Assembly: GCA_964016885.1 (NCBI GenBank)
Contig: OZ024749.1
Location: 52,266,001 to 52,330,000, forward strand
DNA length: 64,000 bases
DNA from: Eledone cirrhosa
Lineage: Eukaryota
Reading direction: 5' to 3'
Each line of letters opens with the position of its first letter. The first letter of the stretch is position 1. The notes beneath the pieces were generated by a model, which searched no databases, was not told the origin of the DNA, and worked only from the letters and a program-made list of their open reading frames with translations. Positions 44,116 through 56,519 of the stretch are shown in pieces. The translations under genes and the position numbers were made by a program.

Positions 44116-44360
44116 CCCTTTTGTTACCATATTTCTAATGGAAGACACTGCCTATGGTTTTCAAATAGTTTTGAAAATAATAAAGAATTTGTAAGGAATT
44201 AGTAAAATAACTTTTCCATTATTGAGCTGGTATTTGAAACATAACTTAACATTTTTTTACATAAAATAATGATAAAAGATTTAAATTTAAATATGAGCAC
44301 TTTAAACAGTTTTATATGATAGAACCAGGGGCAGTTTCAGGTAGTTTGGTATCAAAAGGG
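44116..44360. mobile_element. Second piggyBac-like MITE
   Basis: CCCTTTTGTTACCA ... TGGTATCAAAAGGG|TTAA terminal inverted repeats. Confidence 0.55.
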
Positions 44361-46235
44361 TTAAACTGTAGTCAATTTTAACTCTTATTTATTTCTTTAA
44401 CAACATTCTAATTATATTTTTCTTTTTTTTTTAATTTATTAGATCTTAACCAAAAGATAGGCAGAGTCTTTAGGGTTTAGGATTAAATATCTTGGTATTT
44501 GTTCCAGCTCATCTTTTGCCAGGAGTTGTGACTGACAGATAGTATCAGCAACAGAAAGACCAATGGAAACATTGTTTTTTGGGTCTGATATAATGATCAG
44601 CTCCTTTCCTTTTGCCGTGAGTTGTAAATGGTAAATTTTATCAGCAACAGAAAGACCAATGGAAACATTGTTTCCTTGGCCCGATCTGATGATCAGCTCC
44701 TTTCCTTTTGCTGGGAGTTGTAAATGGTAGATTTTATCAGCAACAGAAAGCCCAATGGAAACATTGTTTCCTTGACCTGATCTGACAGTCAACTCTTTTA
44801 TTTTGGTAGATTTAAAAAAAAAAAAGCGATGGTTCAGTAAGTCTAGAGTGATTTAATCATGGAAGTGTATATATTTAAAACAAAAACCACAAAATTCTGT
44901 TTAGATAAATTCAAACAACTAACAGACACTTTGCAAAGTATTTATTGGGATATTATATATGTTTTTCTAAATAAAATTTTTCATAACAAAAATATTCTTT
45001 AAATAAACAAGGAATCTATTTTTCTTAAGTGTATTATTACTACTATTATTATTACTACTACTATTAATACTATTACTACTACTACTACTTGCCAACCTGG
45101 AATAGAAGTACGAAATGTTTGTCTAGTTGATTCTACTACTGTATATTGGTCATATCAACTTGTCTTAGATTATAGATCAGTTTTGCTGTTGTACAGTTCA
45201 TCATATCTTCCTCCCTACCACCACCACCTACAGCACATCTTTAATTATAATAATAATAATATGGCCCAGTTTATCAGACCAATCTTCAAGTCTTGAGCAC
45301 TTTGCTTAAATATAACATTGATATTTAATATATATTTTTTCTACTTTACTCACCTATTTGGCCCCTTAAAGCCTGGTAGACAGACAGTATATTTTAACCT
45401 AAATAGTATTCCAAAAAGTCCCACCATATAGTTGAAATGTATTGTTTCTGATGTAAAGTAAATTTTTTTTCATCATTTATCTATTAGTGATATTTTCCCC
45501 TAAACTTCAGCTTTGCATAAATGTTCTCCCTCTGTCTATTTTGTTGTTTGTTTTGTCTTGGAATTGGTTCCACCCCTAATTTGTTATATTTGTGTGGAAT
45601 GGCACCGGTATGCCATTTCTGAATCATACAGGAGCAGCGTCACTCATCAACTGTCAGTACATGTAGCTACAGTTTAATTCTGTGAGGGAGAAGAGATTGA
45701 AGAAGATTAACCTTTAGCACACTGAATATTTTATGGATTACTTCCCTTGACACTATTATGTATTAAGAGGAGATTTTTCTATTGGCGACAAAAGGCGCCT
45801 AGAGCAGACTGAAGGTTAAAATGATATGATGATGATAATCCTAACCAGGACTGATGTAAGCCACCCTGGGTAGTTCTGACACTTATTAATTGTCATTTCT
45901 CACCTGGGTCTACCTGGCTCGGAGGAAAGGCAGTTTGTGTAACATATTAAAAAAAAAAAAATAACCCACCACAAAGTTTCTTTCCTTCTGATGGTGAAAG
46001 CCATTGAATCATTCAACCATTTTGTTCTTCAACTGTTTATATATTTTCATTATTAAAATGTTGTTACAATATCAAAGGGTTTATGCTACACACATTTATA
46101 TCATATCTATCATACTGAAACTATATATATTCCCACAATGGAAGCTCTCTACCCTAAAGGTTTGATATATATATAATGAAAATTATTGTGTACAGTGCTC
46201 AGCTGCACTACAAAATGCTCGGGTGCATTGCAAGC

Positions 46236-46628
46236 TGTGCCCAGGTACACCACAAGCAGTGCTCGGGTACACCACAAACAGTGCCCAGGTACACTACAAG
46301 CAGTGCCCAGGTACACTACAAGCAGTGCCCAGGTACACCACAAACAGTGCCCAGGTACACCACAAACAGTGCCCAGGTACACCACAAACAGTGCCCAGGT
46401 ACACCACAAACAGTGCCCAGGTACACCACAAACAGTGCCCAGGTACACCACAAACAGTGCCCAGGTACACTACAAACAGTGCCCAGGTACACGACAAACA
46501 GTGCCCAGGTACACGACAAACAGTGCCCAGGTACACGACAAACAGTGCCCAGGTACACCACAAACAGTGCCCAGGTATACTACAAACAGTGCCCAGGTAC
46601 ACCACAAACAGTGCCCAGGTACACCACA
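46236..46628. repeat. 22-bp minisatellite
   Basis: gtgcccaggtacaccacaaaca. Confidence 0.95.
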
Positions 46629-47310
46629 TTCATTATTTGAACTCCCTAAATTTCTTGTTGTCCTGTGACTTGGGTATCTTAGCTGTGTTCATCGATATGA
46701 AGCTATGTGTTGGGTATGAGGCAATGGAGGTGTGGGGAAACAGGGTGTCTGTCAGGTGAGGAGACAATGTGTTGGGTCAACTGACAAAATGACAAATGAC
46801 CAAGAAGAACTGATTTGTCAGCCAACCTTTATACCAGCACAGGGAAAGTGACATTAATATGAAGCTTCTCACACGATGGAAAGCTGAGCTTATAATAATG
46901 GGGGTTTAATTGGTACATGGTTTTAGGGGCCTGGAGAATAAATCAGGGCCCAGGGAATATTAGACAGCCCATCGAAACCTGTCAGAACTCCCTCCCCCCC
47001 CCCAAAAAAACAGTCTTTTAGTTCCCTTTGATTTTAAGAAGACTTAGCCCCTCCCTAGGGGGTCTCAAAGCAGTCTTGTTTCATGTTGTGTCCCCTAGTT
47101 GGGTGGAAATCTTAAACCCACCAATGACAGCCAACCTGCCAAACAAAATACTCAGAAATATTTGTTTATTTGTTAGAATATTCTCTCATAATTTACATTC
47201 TTCCTTTTATTTCTAGAATATTCTTTGTCTGAAATCAGCCTTCTTGGTTGTCATAGTGACACTGTGTCTGTCCCCCTCCCCCCCCCATCCAGTCGCCAGG
47301 TATTACATGC

Positions 47311-47343
<33 letters not shown>

Positions 47344-47539
47344 CACATAAATGTATACACAGGAGTAATATATATATATATATATATATATACACGTGTG
47401 TGTGTGTATATACATAGACACCTGTGTATACATGCTTATTTATGTGTGTATACATACATTACAGAACATGTTTAGTTTTAGTTATTCACAGCTTTATTTT
47501 TGTTGACATTGCTTATTTATCTGTTCCTGTCTTCACCCT

Positions 47540-48137
47540 CTCTGCTCTCTATAAACCGGTCCTGATGTCTTCATCCCCCAGCTCCCTATAAACTAGTTCC
47601 TGTTATCTTCACCCCCCTCTCCCAACCCTCAATAAACTAGTCCTGGTGACTTCATCCCTAGCTCCCTATAAACTAGTTCCTGTTATCTTCACCCCCCTCT
47701 CCCAACCCTCAATAAACTAGTCCTGGTGACTTCATCCCTAGCTCCCTATAAACTAGTTCCTGTTATCTTCACCCCCCCCCCCCCTCTCCCAACCCTCAAT
47801 AAACTGGTCTTGATGTCTTCATCCCTATCTCCCTATAAATTGGTTCTGGTAACTTTATCCCCAGCTCCCTATAAACTAGTCCTGGTGACTTCATCCCCAG
47901 CTCCCAATAATCTGGTCCTGGTGACTTCATCTCCAGCTCCCTATAAATTGGTTCTGTTATCTTCACTCCCAAGCTCCCTATAAACCAGTCCTGGTCATTT
48001 CACCCCTCAACTCCCTATAAACTGGTCCTGGTAACTTCATCCTCACCTCCCTATAAACCAGTCCTGGTGATTTCACTCCTCACCCCCCCCCCCCTATAAA
48101 CCAGTCCTGGTGACTTCATTCTCGCCTCCCTATAAAC
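47540..48137. repeat. Degenerate minisatellite, about 33-35 bp
   Basis: ctccctataaactagtcctggtgacttcatcccca. Confidence 0.85.
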
Positions 48138-50249
48138 TGTACTCTTGTAATGTATACATAGCTTTATATGCACTCTTTCTTATAAACTGACCAACTGTTT
48201 CATCCTTTCAATGACTACTAAATTTAGCTGACTCCTGTTATGTCCAGCTTTGTAATAAACTGACCAATTCAGTTTCTTGTTTATCCTGTAACATGTTTGA
48301 TTTATTTTATCATTAAACTAAATGGAAATCACATTTTTCCACATGTTTCTGTCTTTATTATTTCTTCTTTATTTGTTCATTTTGTCTTTCTTCTTTTCAG
48401 AGTTGTTAAAATAGAATCCAAGTCCAGGGATAAAGGACAGCAGGGAAGTTGAGGGTATCTGGTTGTATAACATTGCTTTAAAAAGGACTCTATGATGTGC
48501 ATAAAGCCTATCATGGGTTCTACTAGGCTGGCCCCTAATTTGGCTGGGAAAATTACTTTAAAACCATTGTTGTTGTGTTTCTATTGAATGAGATGCCTCG
48601 AGGTACTTGCTCCATCTAAGTCAGATAGAGGGAGATTGTATATCTGGACCACATCTGTCAGACAGATCGCGTATATCTGGATGACATCTGGCAGACATAG
48701 TACACCTGGATCACATCTGTCAGAGACAAACACTGTATATCTGGACCACATCTGTCAGAGACATACATATATGAATCTATAGATCACATTGAAGTCAGAG
48801 AGAGAGGGAGACTGTTTATCTGGATCACATCTGTTAGAGAGAGAGAGACAGTATATCCAGATCTCTGGATCACACGGAAGTCAGAGAGACATTGGATATC
48901 TTGACCACATCTAAATTGTTTCATTGTCTACTAACTGACTACACACACAAGTCTAGTTCGCTATGACCAACTGCAGCTATACAACAACAAAAAATTGATC
49001 AGTAGTTAAATTTATAGATTTTGGACTAAATTTCGTTCTATAGAATATATTCCACAAACAGATTTTCTACTATAAACCTGTCAATTACTAAAATTCCAGT
49101 TCGTTTGTTTTTTAAACTACAATTTAAAAGTTCTGCTGTGATATTTACAAAACACTTTCGATGTTTCGTGGAGAAAAAAACAACTTATTTGTCTAATTGA
49201 TATTAATGGGAAAATACAATTTTATTTGTCAGCATAGCCATCATCATAATATTACAAATAAAAAGTAAAAAAAATGAAAGTAAACGGAAAGGGAAAGAAA
49301 ACACACACACATACACACAATCAGGTAATACAAACATCTAGGACCACATACAGCAAATGGCAGGCGAAAGAGGTTGACAAACGAACTGCTGCTAGAGCCA
49401 AAGATAATATCGCAAGGAACACTGGAAAACCTCTCTAATAATTCTTGAGACAAGCCAGCAAGCACGCTCGCAGCGTTACCTCAGGTGATGGCGAGGCTGA
49501 TGCGCTGGAACAGCTAAGCGCCTTCACGAGCATCGCCAGTTACCTCCGTTAGGCTGTGTCTAGCTTAACCCTCTCTAACTCAACGTATCAGAGACGGGTC
49601 CCTGTTCATATCTAAATTTAAATCTTTCAACGTTTTTTTTAAAACCGCATCTTTAATTAGCAGTAGCACTAATATAGCGTGGTTCATAATAAAGGTGTAT
49701 ATAAAAGTATATACGATATGTTTATGTGTGGTTTATATACATACCTCTATTATAATAACTGAATATATATACATCTATTACGATAACTGAATATATATAT
49801 ATATATATATATATTAAGGTAACTGAACTGAATATATTTTTTTAACACATTACGGCAGGAAAAGTCCAAGGGAGATAACTTAGGAATTTTTTTCCCTTTC
49901 TCCTATTAAGCTGGTGTGTGGAAATATTACACATGATTCTTCGGGACTTCAATACACGTGACCCAAGAAAATACACTGATTCTCACATATAAATATTATA
50001 ACCATTTAATTCCATTTCCTGTTTTATTAACTGTCTGGCTTTATTTCTTGTTAAAGGGCCGTACTAGAAATATATATACGTATATATATATATGTGTGTG
50101 TGTAAGTATAGATATATATGTATGTAAATATATATGTACATATATGTATGAATGTATATATATATATATGTATGTACATATTAAGACTAAATAGTGAGTC
50201 TTGTTACCCTGGAGTTTCACCTACTTCCCACAGGGCCATAAGACAAGGG

Positions 50250-50293
50250 TGTCTGATGACCCTGTGGGAATCAGGTGAAACTCCAAAGTAACA
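50250..50293 (+). ncRNA. Hammerhead ribozyme motif
   Basis: tgt-CTGATGA-c-cctg(tgggaat)cagg-t-GAAA-ct(ccaa)ag-TA-aca. Confidence 0.75.
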
Positions 50294-50731
50294 TGTCTCA
50301 CTATTTAGTCTTAATAAAATGAATATTTAAACTCTACTTTGGTATTGAGTACTTTTTTCTCTCGGCCATCAATTACACATGTATGTATGTATGTATGTGG
50401 AGCAAGGCATGGTCAGCCGACCGGACACTGCCCACAACAGGACAATCCGTCTAACCCATGTATATATATATGTGTGTGTATATGTGTATATGTATGTATA
50501 TATATATATATGTGTGTGTGTTAAAATAACAGATATGGTGTGGTAAAAACCAGTTAGACCATAACGCACCAGAGTACTCGATACTTACGGTAGTAGAGTG
50601 GGTAATATGAAAAGATTCAGGACCCTAGAGCTCAGCCGTCAGAGTCCTGAATCTTTTCATATATATATATATATATCTTGCTAGGGGATGTTAATAAAAC
50701 AATGATGATGAATGATGATATATATATATAA

Positions 50732-51080
50732 TGGAGGCACATGGCTTAGTGGTTAGAGCATTGGCCTTGGAATCGAAAGGTTGTGAGTTCAATTCTCAGA
50801 CCGGGTCATGTGTTGTTTCCTTGAGCAAGACACTTTATTTCACATTGCTCCAATTTACTCAGCTGTAGAAATGAGATGATAGGGACTGCGGTCCCTATTA
50901 TTCCACTGCAAAGTGGTTGTGGAGGTGCCACGGCAAAAAAGCACCCAGCACTCACTGTAAATGAGGTTGGTGTTAGGAAGGGCATCCAGCTGTAGAAATC
51001 AAGCCAGAATCAGTTCCCGTCCCACCCTTGCAAGCAGGGAAAAAGTGGACGTAAAATGAAATGATGATGATGAATGATGA
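50732..51080 (+). mobile_element. Second SINE family: tRNA head, central domain, internal repeat, RTE-like tail; partial copies at about 2868-2966(-), 3899-4175(-), 4690-4872(+), 11083-11337(-), 25810-26103(+), 35047-35200(-), 37320-37420(+)
   Basis: tggcttagtggttagagc (A box), gagttcaattc (B box), 'ccttgagcaagacacttta'; 3' end 'cccacccttgcaagcagggaaaa..ggacgtaaaatga(tga)n' matches the LINE end at 9600-9655. Confidence 0.8.
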
Positions 51081-51863
51081 TATATATACATACATGTATA
51101 CATATGTATGTAATATATTATATGATGTGAACGTGTGTTCTGTGAGCCTTAGTGAAGGCAACCTATCTACAAGAGCAGTCAGACTATATTAAAACTGATA
51201 CAGGGTAGAGATGATACTTGAGTCCAGCCAGACAACCTCTCTGATGCCAGTGGCATGATGAAATACATCCAGTCCATGTTGTGATGTGGTTGATGATAGG
51301 AAGGGAATATAGCCAGAATACATTTGCTAAAAACTATGACCAATACAACACATAAGAGTCACACTAACTAACATGACTATTCACACTATTCATACATGAC
51401 TAATCCTTGTCATGTTAGTACAGTGCACACTAGTGGGGTGTTTAACCTAGCTGTGTGCAAGAACACCTTAAAAGCCTTCTCGACAGTGCTGAATTTACCA
51501 TTGAGCTTAGGTAAGCTTAAGCACAGGGCCCTGTTGGCCAGTGGGGAGCCCATCTTCCTGTGTAGGCCCAAGTAAGGGGCTTCATAACTAGTACAGGGCC
51601 TCATTTGTTCAAAATCTGGCACTGCTTCTCAACATAAGCTAATTAGGGAAAGAATCAAATTAAATGAGATTTAGTTTGGTTTTATGCCAAAGAGGAGCAA
51701 CACTATATCTAGCTTGTATTGATCTAGAGAAACCCTTTCACTTAGAACCATGATCTGTCACCAGGTGGTCTTTATATTATATGTATATATAAGTTTATCC
51801 CAGGTTCAATCGGGGGTAACCACAGTAAGGTACTAAGTAGAGTAAATATATTTAATATAGAAA

Positions 51864-51914
51864 GGCTTCTACAGGACTAGAACTGTTTCTTTCTGAAGAA
51901 ATCATTAGGAAGCT
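51864..51914 (-). ncRNA. Hammerhead motif with a core mutation (CUAAUGA); the inverted + copy at 51953-51981 has an intact core but is truncated after GAAA
   Basis: - strand: gcttc-CTAATGA-tttc(ttca)gaaa-GAAA-cag(ttctagtc)ctg-TA-gaagc. Confidence 0.65.
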
Positions 51915-52023
51915 GGCTGTCCAAGTAATATGGTGGTATTACTTGGACAGCCGGCTTCCTGATGATTTCTCTGGAATGAAATTCGTTAATTAACCAATAT
52001 CGATGACAATTATTTTACCTTGC

Positions 52024-52054
<31 letters not shown>

Positions 52055-52117
52055 AATGAAGTGATTCCGTCAGAAAAGGTCCAGGAAAAAAGAGTGCTCT
52101 ATGTAGGTTACAGAGCT

Positions 52118-52318
52118 TATTAGTTATGTAATAAACAACATAAGATAATTATTTCATTTACCAGTGGTTTCTTGAAAGCAAGCAAAATTGCTTTCATTCA
52201 TCAGAATGAAAAAATCCAGGATTTTTTCATTCTGATGAATGAAAGCAATTTTGCTTGCTTTCAAGAAACCACTGGTAAATGAAATAATTATCTTATGTTG
52301 TTTATTACATAACTAATA
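52118..52318. repeat. Perfect palindrome with 100-bp arms and a 1-nt centre (52218)
   Basis: Arms read as exact reverse complements around aaaatcc-a-ggatttt. Confidence 0.95.
52228..52281 (+). ncRNA. Hammerhead ribozyme motif (mirror copy on - strand at 52155-52208)
   Basis: catt-CTGATGA-a-tgaaagcaa(ttttgc)ttgctttca-a-GAAA-ccactgg-TA-aatg; lies in a perfect palindrome. Confidence 0.8.
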
Positions 52319-55118
52319 TATATATAGTCAACTTCATATATATTTACTCACCCCATAGGGGTCTTTTCAGAGGTTTATGATGAGGGTGAGTGTCCCCAGT
52401 TGATCAGAATCCATTTACTCCTTCCAAGCAAATGATTTGAAAGAATTCTATATTAAAATGTAAACAAATACCTAGACATAATACCTTTACATAGTTCTAC
52501 AGGGTCGACAACTGAGTAATAGTTAATGGAGTGTTTTCACAGCGTGGCTTATAAATAAATAAATATATGTACAGAATAAAGCCTTGAAAAGGTAATCTTT
52601 CAGAATTGGTACGTTGAAAATAAAAGTGAATTTACAACAGTATTTTAGATTGGTAATTTGAATTGAAATTTTGTTTCATGGGTTCTTGGAATGGTTAAAA
52701 GAGGATCTAAAACATGTTTAATTGTGTCAACAGAGAGTCGTAAGGCTCAACCCCTATTACCTATTATCCGTCAACGTATACTACTAGGCACCCCTATCAT
52801 TATAGACAATTTGGGTTTCCTATAACTCTCTGGTGAAGAATTTAATTGTGAAACAGAAAATGAAAGCATATTTCATATCTCTGGGATCAGAATCTCAAAT
52901 TAACATACTGAATTAACATAACATCGCCAATTCACTTTTTATTTTTAACGTATCAATAACGAAATATTACACAAAAAATATCTGACACGACGAGGATTAA
53001 ATTAAAAAAAAATTTTTTTTTAAAAATCTTAAGGAGATGATCGAATCATTTGATCCTGAGATGAAGAGGCACGTTGTGCTGGGCTACACAACACCCCAGA
53101 ACTGACAGATATCTAAAGTTAAACATCTATTTATTGTAGGGAATTATACTACAAACCCCGCCCCCCTCTCTCTCTCTCGTACTTCTACAATCTCTACATT
53201 TATGAAATATCTTCATCAAATATTTAACTTAATTCTTCTGACAACTTCTTTTCCGTCCACATTTCACAGCATCAAAACTATTTACCATCGAAATCTTACA
53301 CAATTCTCGCCAAGAAATGCCGGAGTGAGGTGGAGGAGACCAACTACCCACAGACAAATCTATCACAATATATATCGATTAATCTCTCATTAGATTAATA
53401 ATGATCAAAGGGTTGCATCAGATTAAAGGAATGTGGTTACTATAGAAACAAGAAATTAATTAAATATGCAAATTAGAATCGGCTGATGTAAACAGTTGTA
53501 TACAACCATATGGAAACACCAGAGTTACATGAATTTCTTGTACGTGTTGTTGTTTAGTCCTAGGTCAGCCCTAGTTGAGAAGAAACTATCATGACTATCC
53601 CATCTTTCGCTGGAGCAGTCTTTTCAAGACAGCAAGGTGTGATTTTAGAGAGATTTGGCTGATGTTTCTAGCGGATTGAACAATCACACACAGGCTCCAT
53701 CGTGCGTGTTGTTGTTGTTGTCGAGGCCCAGGTCTGTTCTGGTCGAACTGACCTACGAGGAAAGGCATTCCAAACACGACTATCCCATCTGGTTTTCGGA
53801 TGTGGTGCACTCAGGACAAAATTATACGATGTGTCATTTTCCAAGTCGGTGTGGTGTGGTGAGATTTGACAGTTATTTCTAGCGAGTCAAAAGATCACGT
53901 AGAAGCCTCTCTAACACCTTCCACCTCTTCAAATATAATGGAGTAGTGTTGTATGAGTATAATCCCGGAGAATCAATTTAACCGCCCGGTTTCCACTCCC
54001 AGTAGGAATCAATGCTTTTATGATGTTAACGTCACCACTTCCGATTTTTCACTTTAAAAGAATTCTCCTTGTCATATAAACAGAACTATGACAGTGACAA
54101 AGTTTGATTCTAAACTGCAGACCCTCTTGACAGTCTTGTCAAACGTATACATATATAGATATAATATGACTAGTTTTATTTTTAATTCCGTTTTCAAAAA
54201 AATAAATAAACACAGTAAAATATTGTAATTTAAATAATATAATTGTTGTTTGTTTAATATATCTATTGTTATAGCACATTGATAAGGCAGATCATTTGAA
54301 AAGAACAATTGTTTAGTGGGTCGAGTTGGTATTCGTTAGAAACACGTTTTTAATTTCTAACATCCCGAACTAAGAACCATTATTCAAATATTTCTACAGC
54401 TCCGTCTGTTGTTAATAATAGAAACAGTAGCAGAAGCAACTTGTTTCGAAAGAACAATTTGAAACTGAGAAATGAAATAAATTAAAGTTAACAGGTGCGA
54501 TGTATTATTTTATGTAAAAAAAAAGGAAAAAAAAAAGCAGTGAATCAGCTGCCAGTAGTGGGACTCGAACTCACAACCCAGGGTGTTTAGTGTAGAACTC
54601 TTCTGTGTTAAAGACGTTAATTGGATGTCTATATCCAAAATGGATGCTGCTCTTTGGTAACAAGAAGAGACAAGAAGACATTTGTTGAAGATTTTAAAAA
54701 ATTCAGCCTCGCACGCTGGAGCAGATCTCCTAAAGGTACCGTAAGTCTCTCACATTTACAACAATTCTATTAAAAAACAGACATTTTGCCTTACATCGTA
54801 ATTCTGCTTTAAACTAAGAGTTCCTACATACTTCTCTGCTAACCTTTTTTCTCCCTTAACATTCTTCATCTTAACGGGACGTTGTAATTGTAAATACTAG
54901 ATTTGCTTTCTTTCTCCCCTGTTTTTTCTATTATATCGCACTCTAGTTTGTAGAATTCCTTTTTTGTTTTACTTGACCCCTTTTTTATTTCCAACCTTTA
55001 TTGTCGATTAAGGAAATCGTACCTTAAATCGCCAGTTACCAACTGTAGCACTGTTTTACCAGTTATTCTGAAAGTCTGTTAACTACGCGCAGAACACTTA
55101 CACACATACATCAGCATA

Positions 55119-55216
<98 letters not shown>

Positions 55217-55964
55217 TCAACATATATATATACACACACACACACACTTCCTCTCTGTCTGCTTTCTCTTGACACTCCTAATCTCAGCTACTCTCTTTCT
55301 CTCGGTTGCCTTCTTCGATAACATTTCAACTTGTGAGTTTATATATATATATATTGTCATCATCTTTACTTTCGTATAACTAGAAATTCGTCTTCTTTTG
55401 TTTAATTTTATTTCTAATTTTACTTAATTTGTTGCATAAATGTAAATCTTGTCATTGTGTTTACATCAACAACGGCTGTCAACGGTTGTTCTCTGTCTTT
55501 AAAAGATCTTGCTGACTCTCAGGCTACTTCTAATATGTTTTCTCTCATATTTCCATAAATTTACCATCTTGACTACAATATTGTTTTACTATCTACTCAG
55601 TCATTTTCTTTTTTTATTTGTCTAGTGATTAAAAGCCATCAATTGAAACTGCCGTCCTATCACCATCGTTGACACAAAAATAAGATGAAATTTATCCTCA
55701 AATAAAAAAAAAAAAAGGATCCGTTTTTATTATTCAAACATCGTTTACATACAGAGCGCCGATTAATCGTATGCATATCATCATCTTTGATTAAAACAGC
55801 TTCCGAACCAAATTTTGGAATATATATTTTTTAACCAAACAATTTAAAAAAAGGAAAATGATTATAAATTAATTGTTGGTTAATTAAGTCGTTTTCTTGA
55901 TCTGTTATCATCTGTCTGTTATTTTCGATATCAATTTCGAACCAAGTTGGCACTAAACCAAATA

Positions 55965-56507
55965 ATGAAGGAATACAAAGTGGTTGTTTTGGGAAGCGGA
56001 GGTGTTGGCAAAAGTGCCCTCACCGTGCGGTTTGTGTCAGGTAACTTTATGGAGAAATATGATCCGACTATTGAAGATTTCTATCGGAAGGAGATCGAAG
56101 TGGAGACTGCTCCTTGTGTTCTAGAGATCTTGGATACAGCCGGCACCGAACAATTCGCTTCTATGAGAGATTTATATATAAAAAATGGTCAAGGCTTTGT
56201 TATAGTCTATAGCATTACAAGCCTGCAGACTTTTCAGGATATCAAAACTATGCGTGAACAGATTATGCGAGTGAAAGGTGTCGATCGGATTCCTATGTTG
56301 TTGGTTGGGAACAAAGTCGATCTTGCCCAGACTCAACGTGAAGTGAATACTATAGACGGAGCCCTTCTATCTGATAACTGGGGCTGTCCATTCTTTGAGA
56401 CTTCTGCTAAAACAACTCTTAATATTGATAATGTCTTTATTGAGATCGTGCGGGAGATGAATGCTACACCAATTAGAGAAAGAAGGGAATGTTGTAGTAT
56501 TCTGTGA
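55965..56507 (+). CDS. Rap2: Ras-related protein Rap-2-like small GTPase, 180 aa, intronless CDS
   Basis: [20 protein letters not shown] (G1), [11 protein letters not shown] (Rap2-type F39), DTAGTEQF (Rap-type T61), NKVD, ETSAK, C-terminal CCSIL CAAX; ATG at 55965. Confidence 0.96.
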   Translation: MKEYKVVVLGSGGVGKSALTVRFVSGNFMEKYDPTIEDFYRKEIEVETAPCVLEILDTAGTEQFASMRDLYIKNGQGFVIVYSITSLQTFQDIKTMREQIMRVKGVDRIPMLLVGNKVDLAQTQREVNTIDGALLSDNWGCPFFETSAKTTLNIDNVFIEIVREMNATPIRERRECCSIL

Positions 56508-56510
56508 ACA

Positions 56511-56519
56511 CAGGTAAGT
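56511..56519 (+). other. Splice donor in the Rap2 3' UTR
   Basis: CAG|GTAAGT consensus donor, GT at 56514, 6 nt after TGA. Confidence 0.7.

Noticed and set aside
49563-49580. TAACCCT as a possible telomerase RNA template
   Set aside because: Only about one repeat unit, at the 3' end of the GC island, with no recognisable pseudoknot, CR4/5 or H/ACA elements
50732-50805. Possible tRNA gene
   Set aside because: No closed cloverleaf; continues into a SINE body and LINE-derived tail
54550-54585. tRNA-like sequence on the - strand (gtgagttcgagtcccactactggca)
   Set aside because: Only a T-arm/B-box half; no matching acceptor 5' strand or D-arm
54700-55630. Possible Rap2 5' UTR intron (gtaagt at 54741, acceptor near 55625)
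   Set aside because: Splice-like motifs only; cannot be supported without transcript data
55947-55964. ORF-track N-terminal extension of Rap2 from TTG
   Set aside because: The ATG at 55965 gives the canonical M(K/R)EYKVVVLG start
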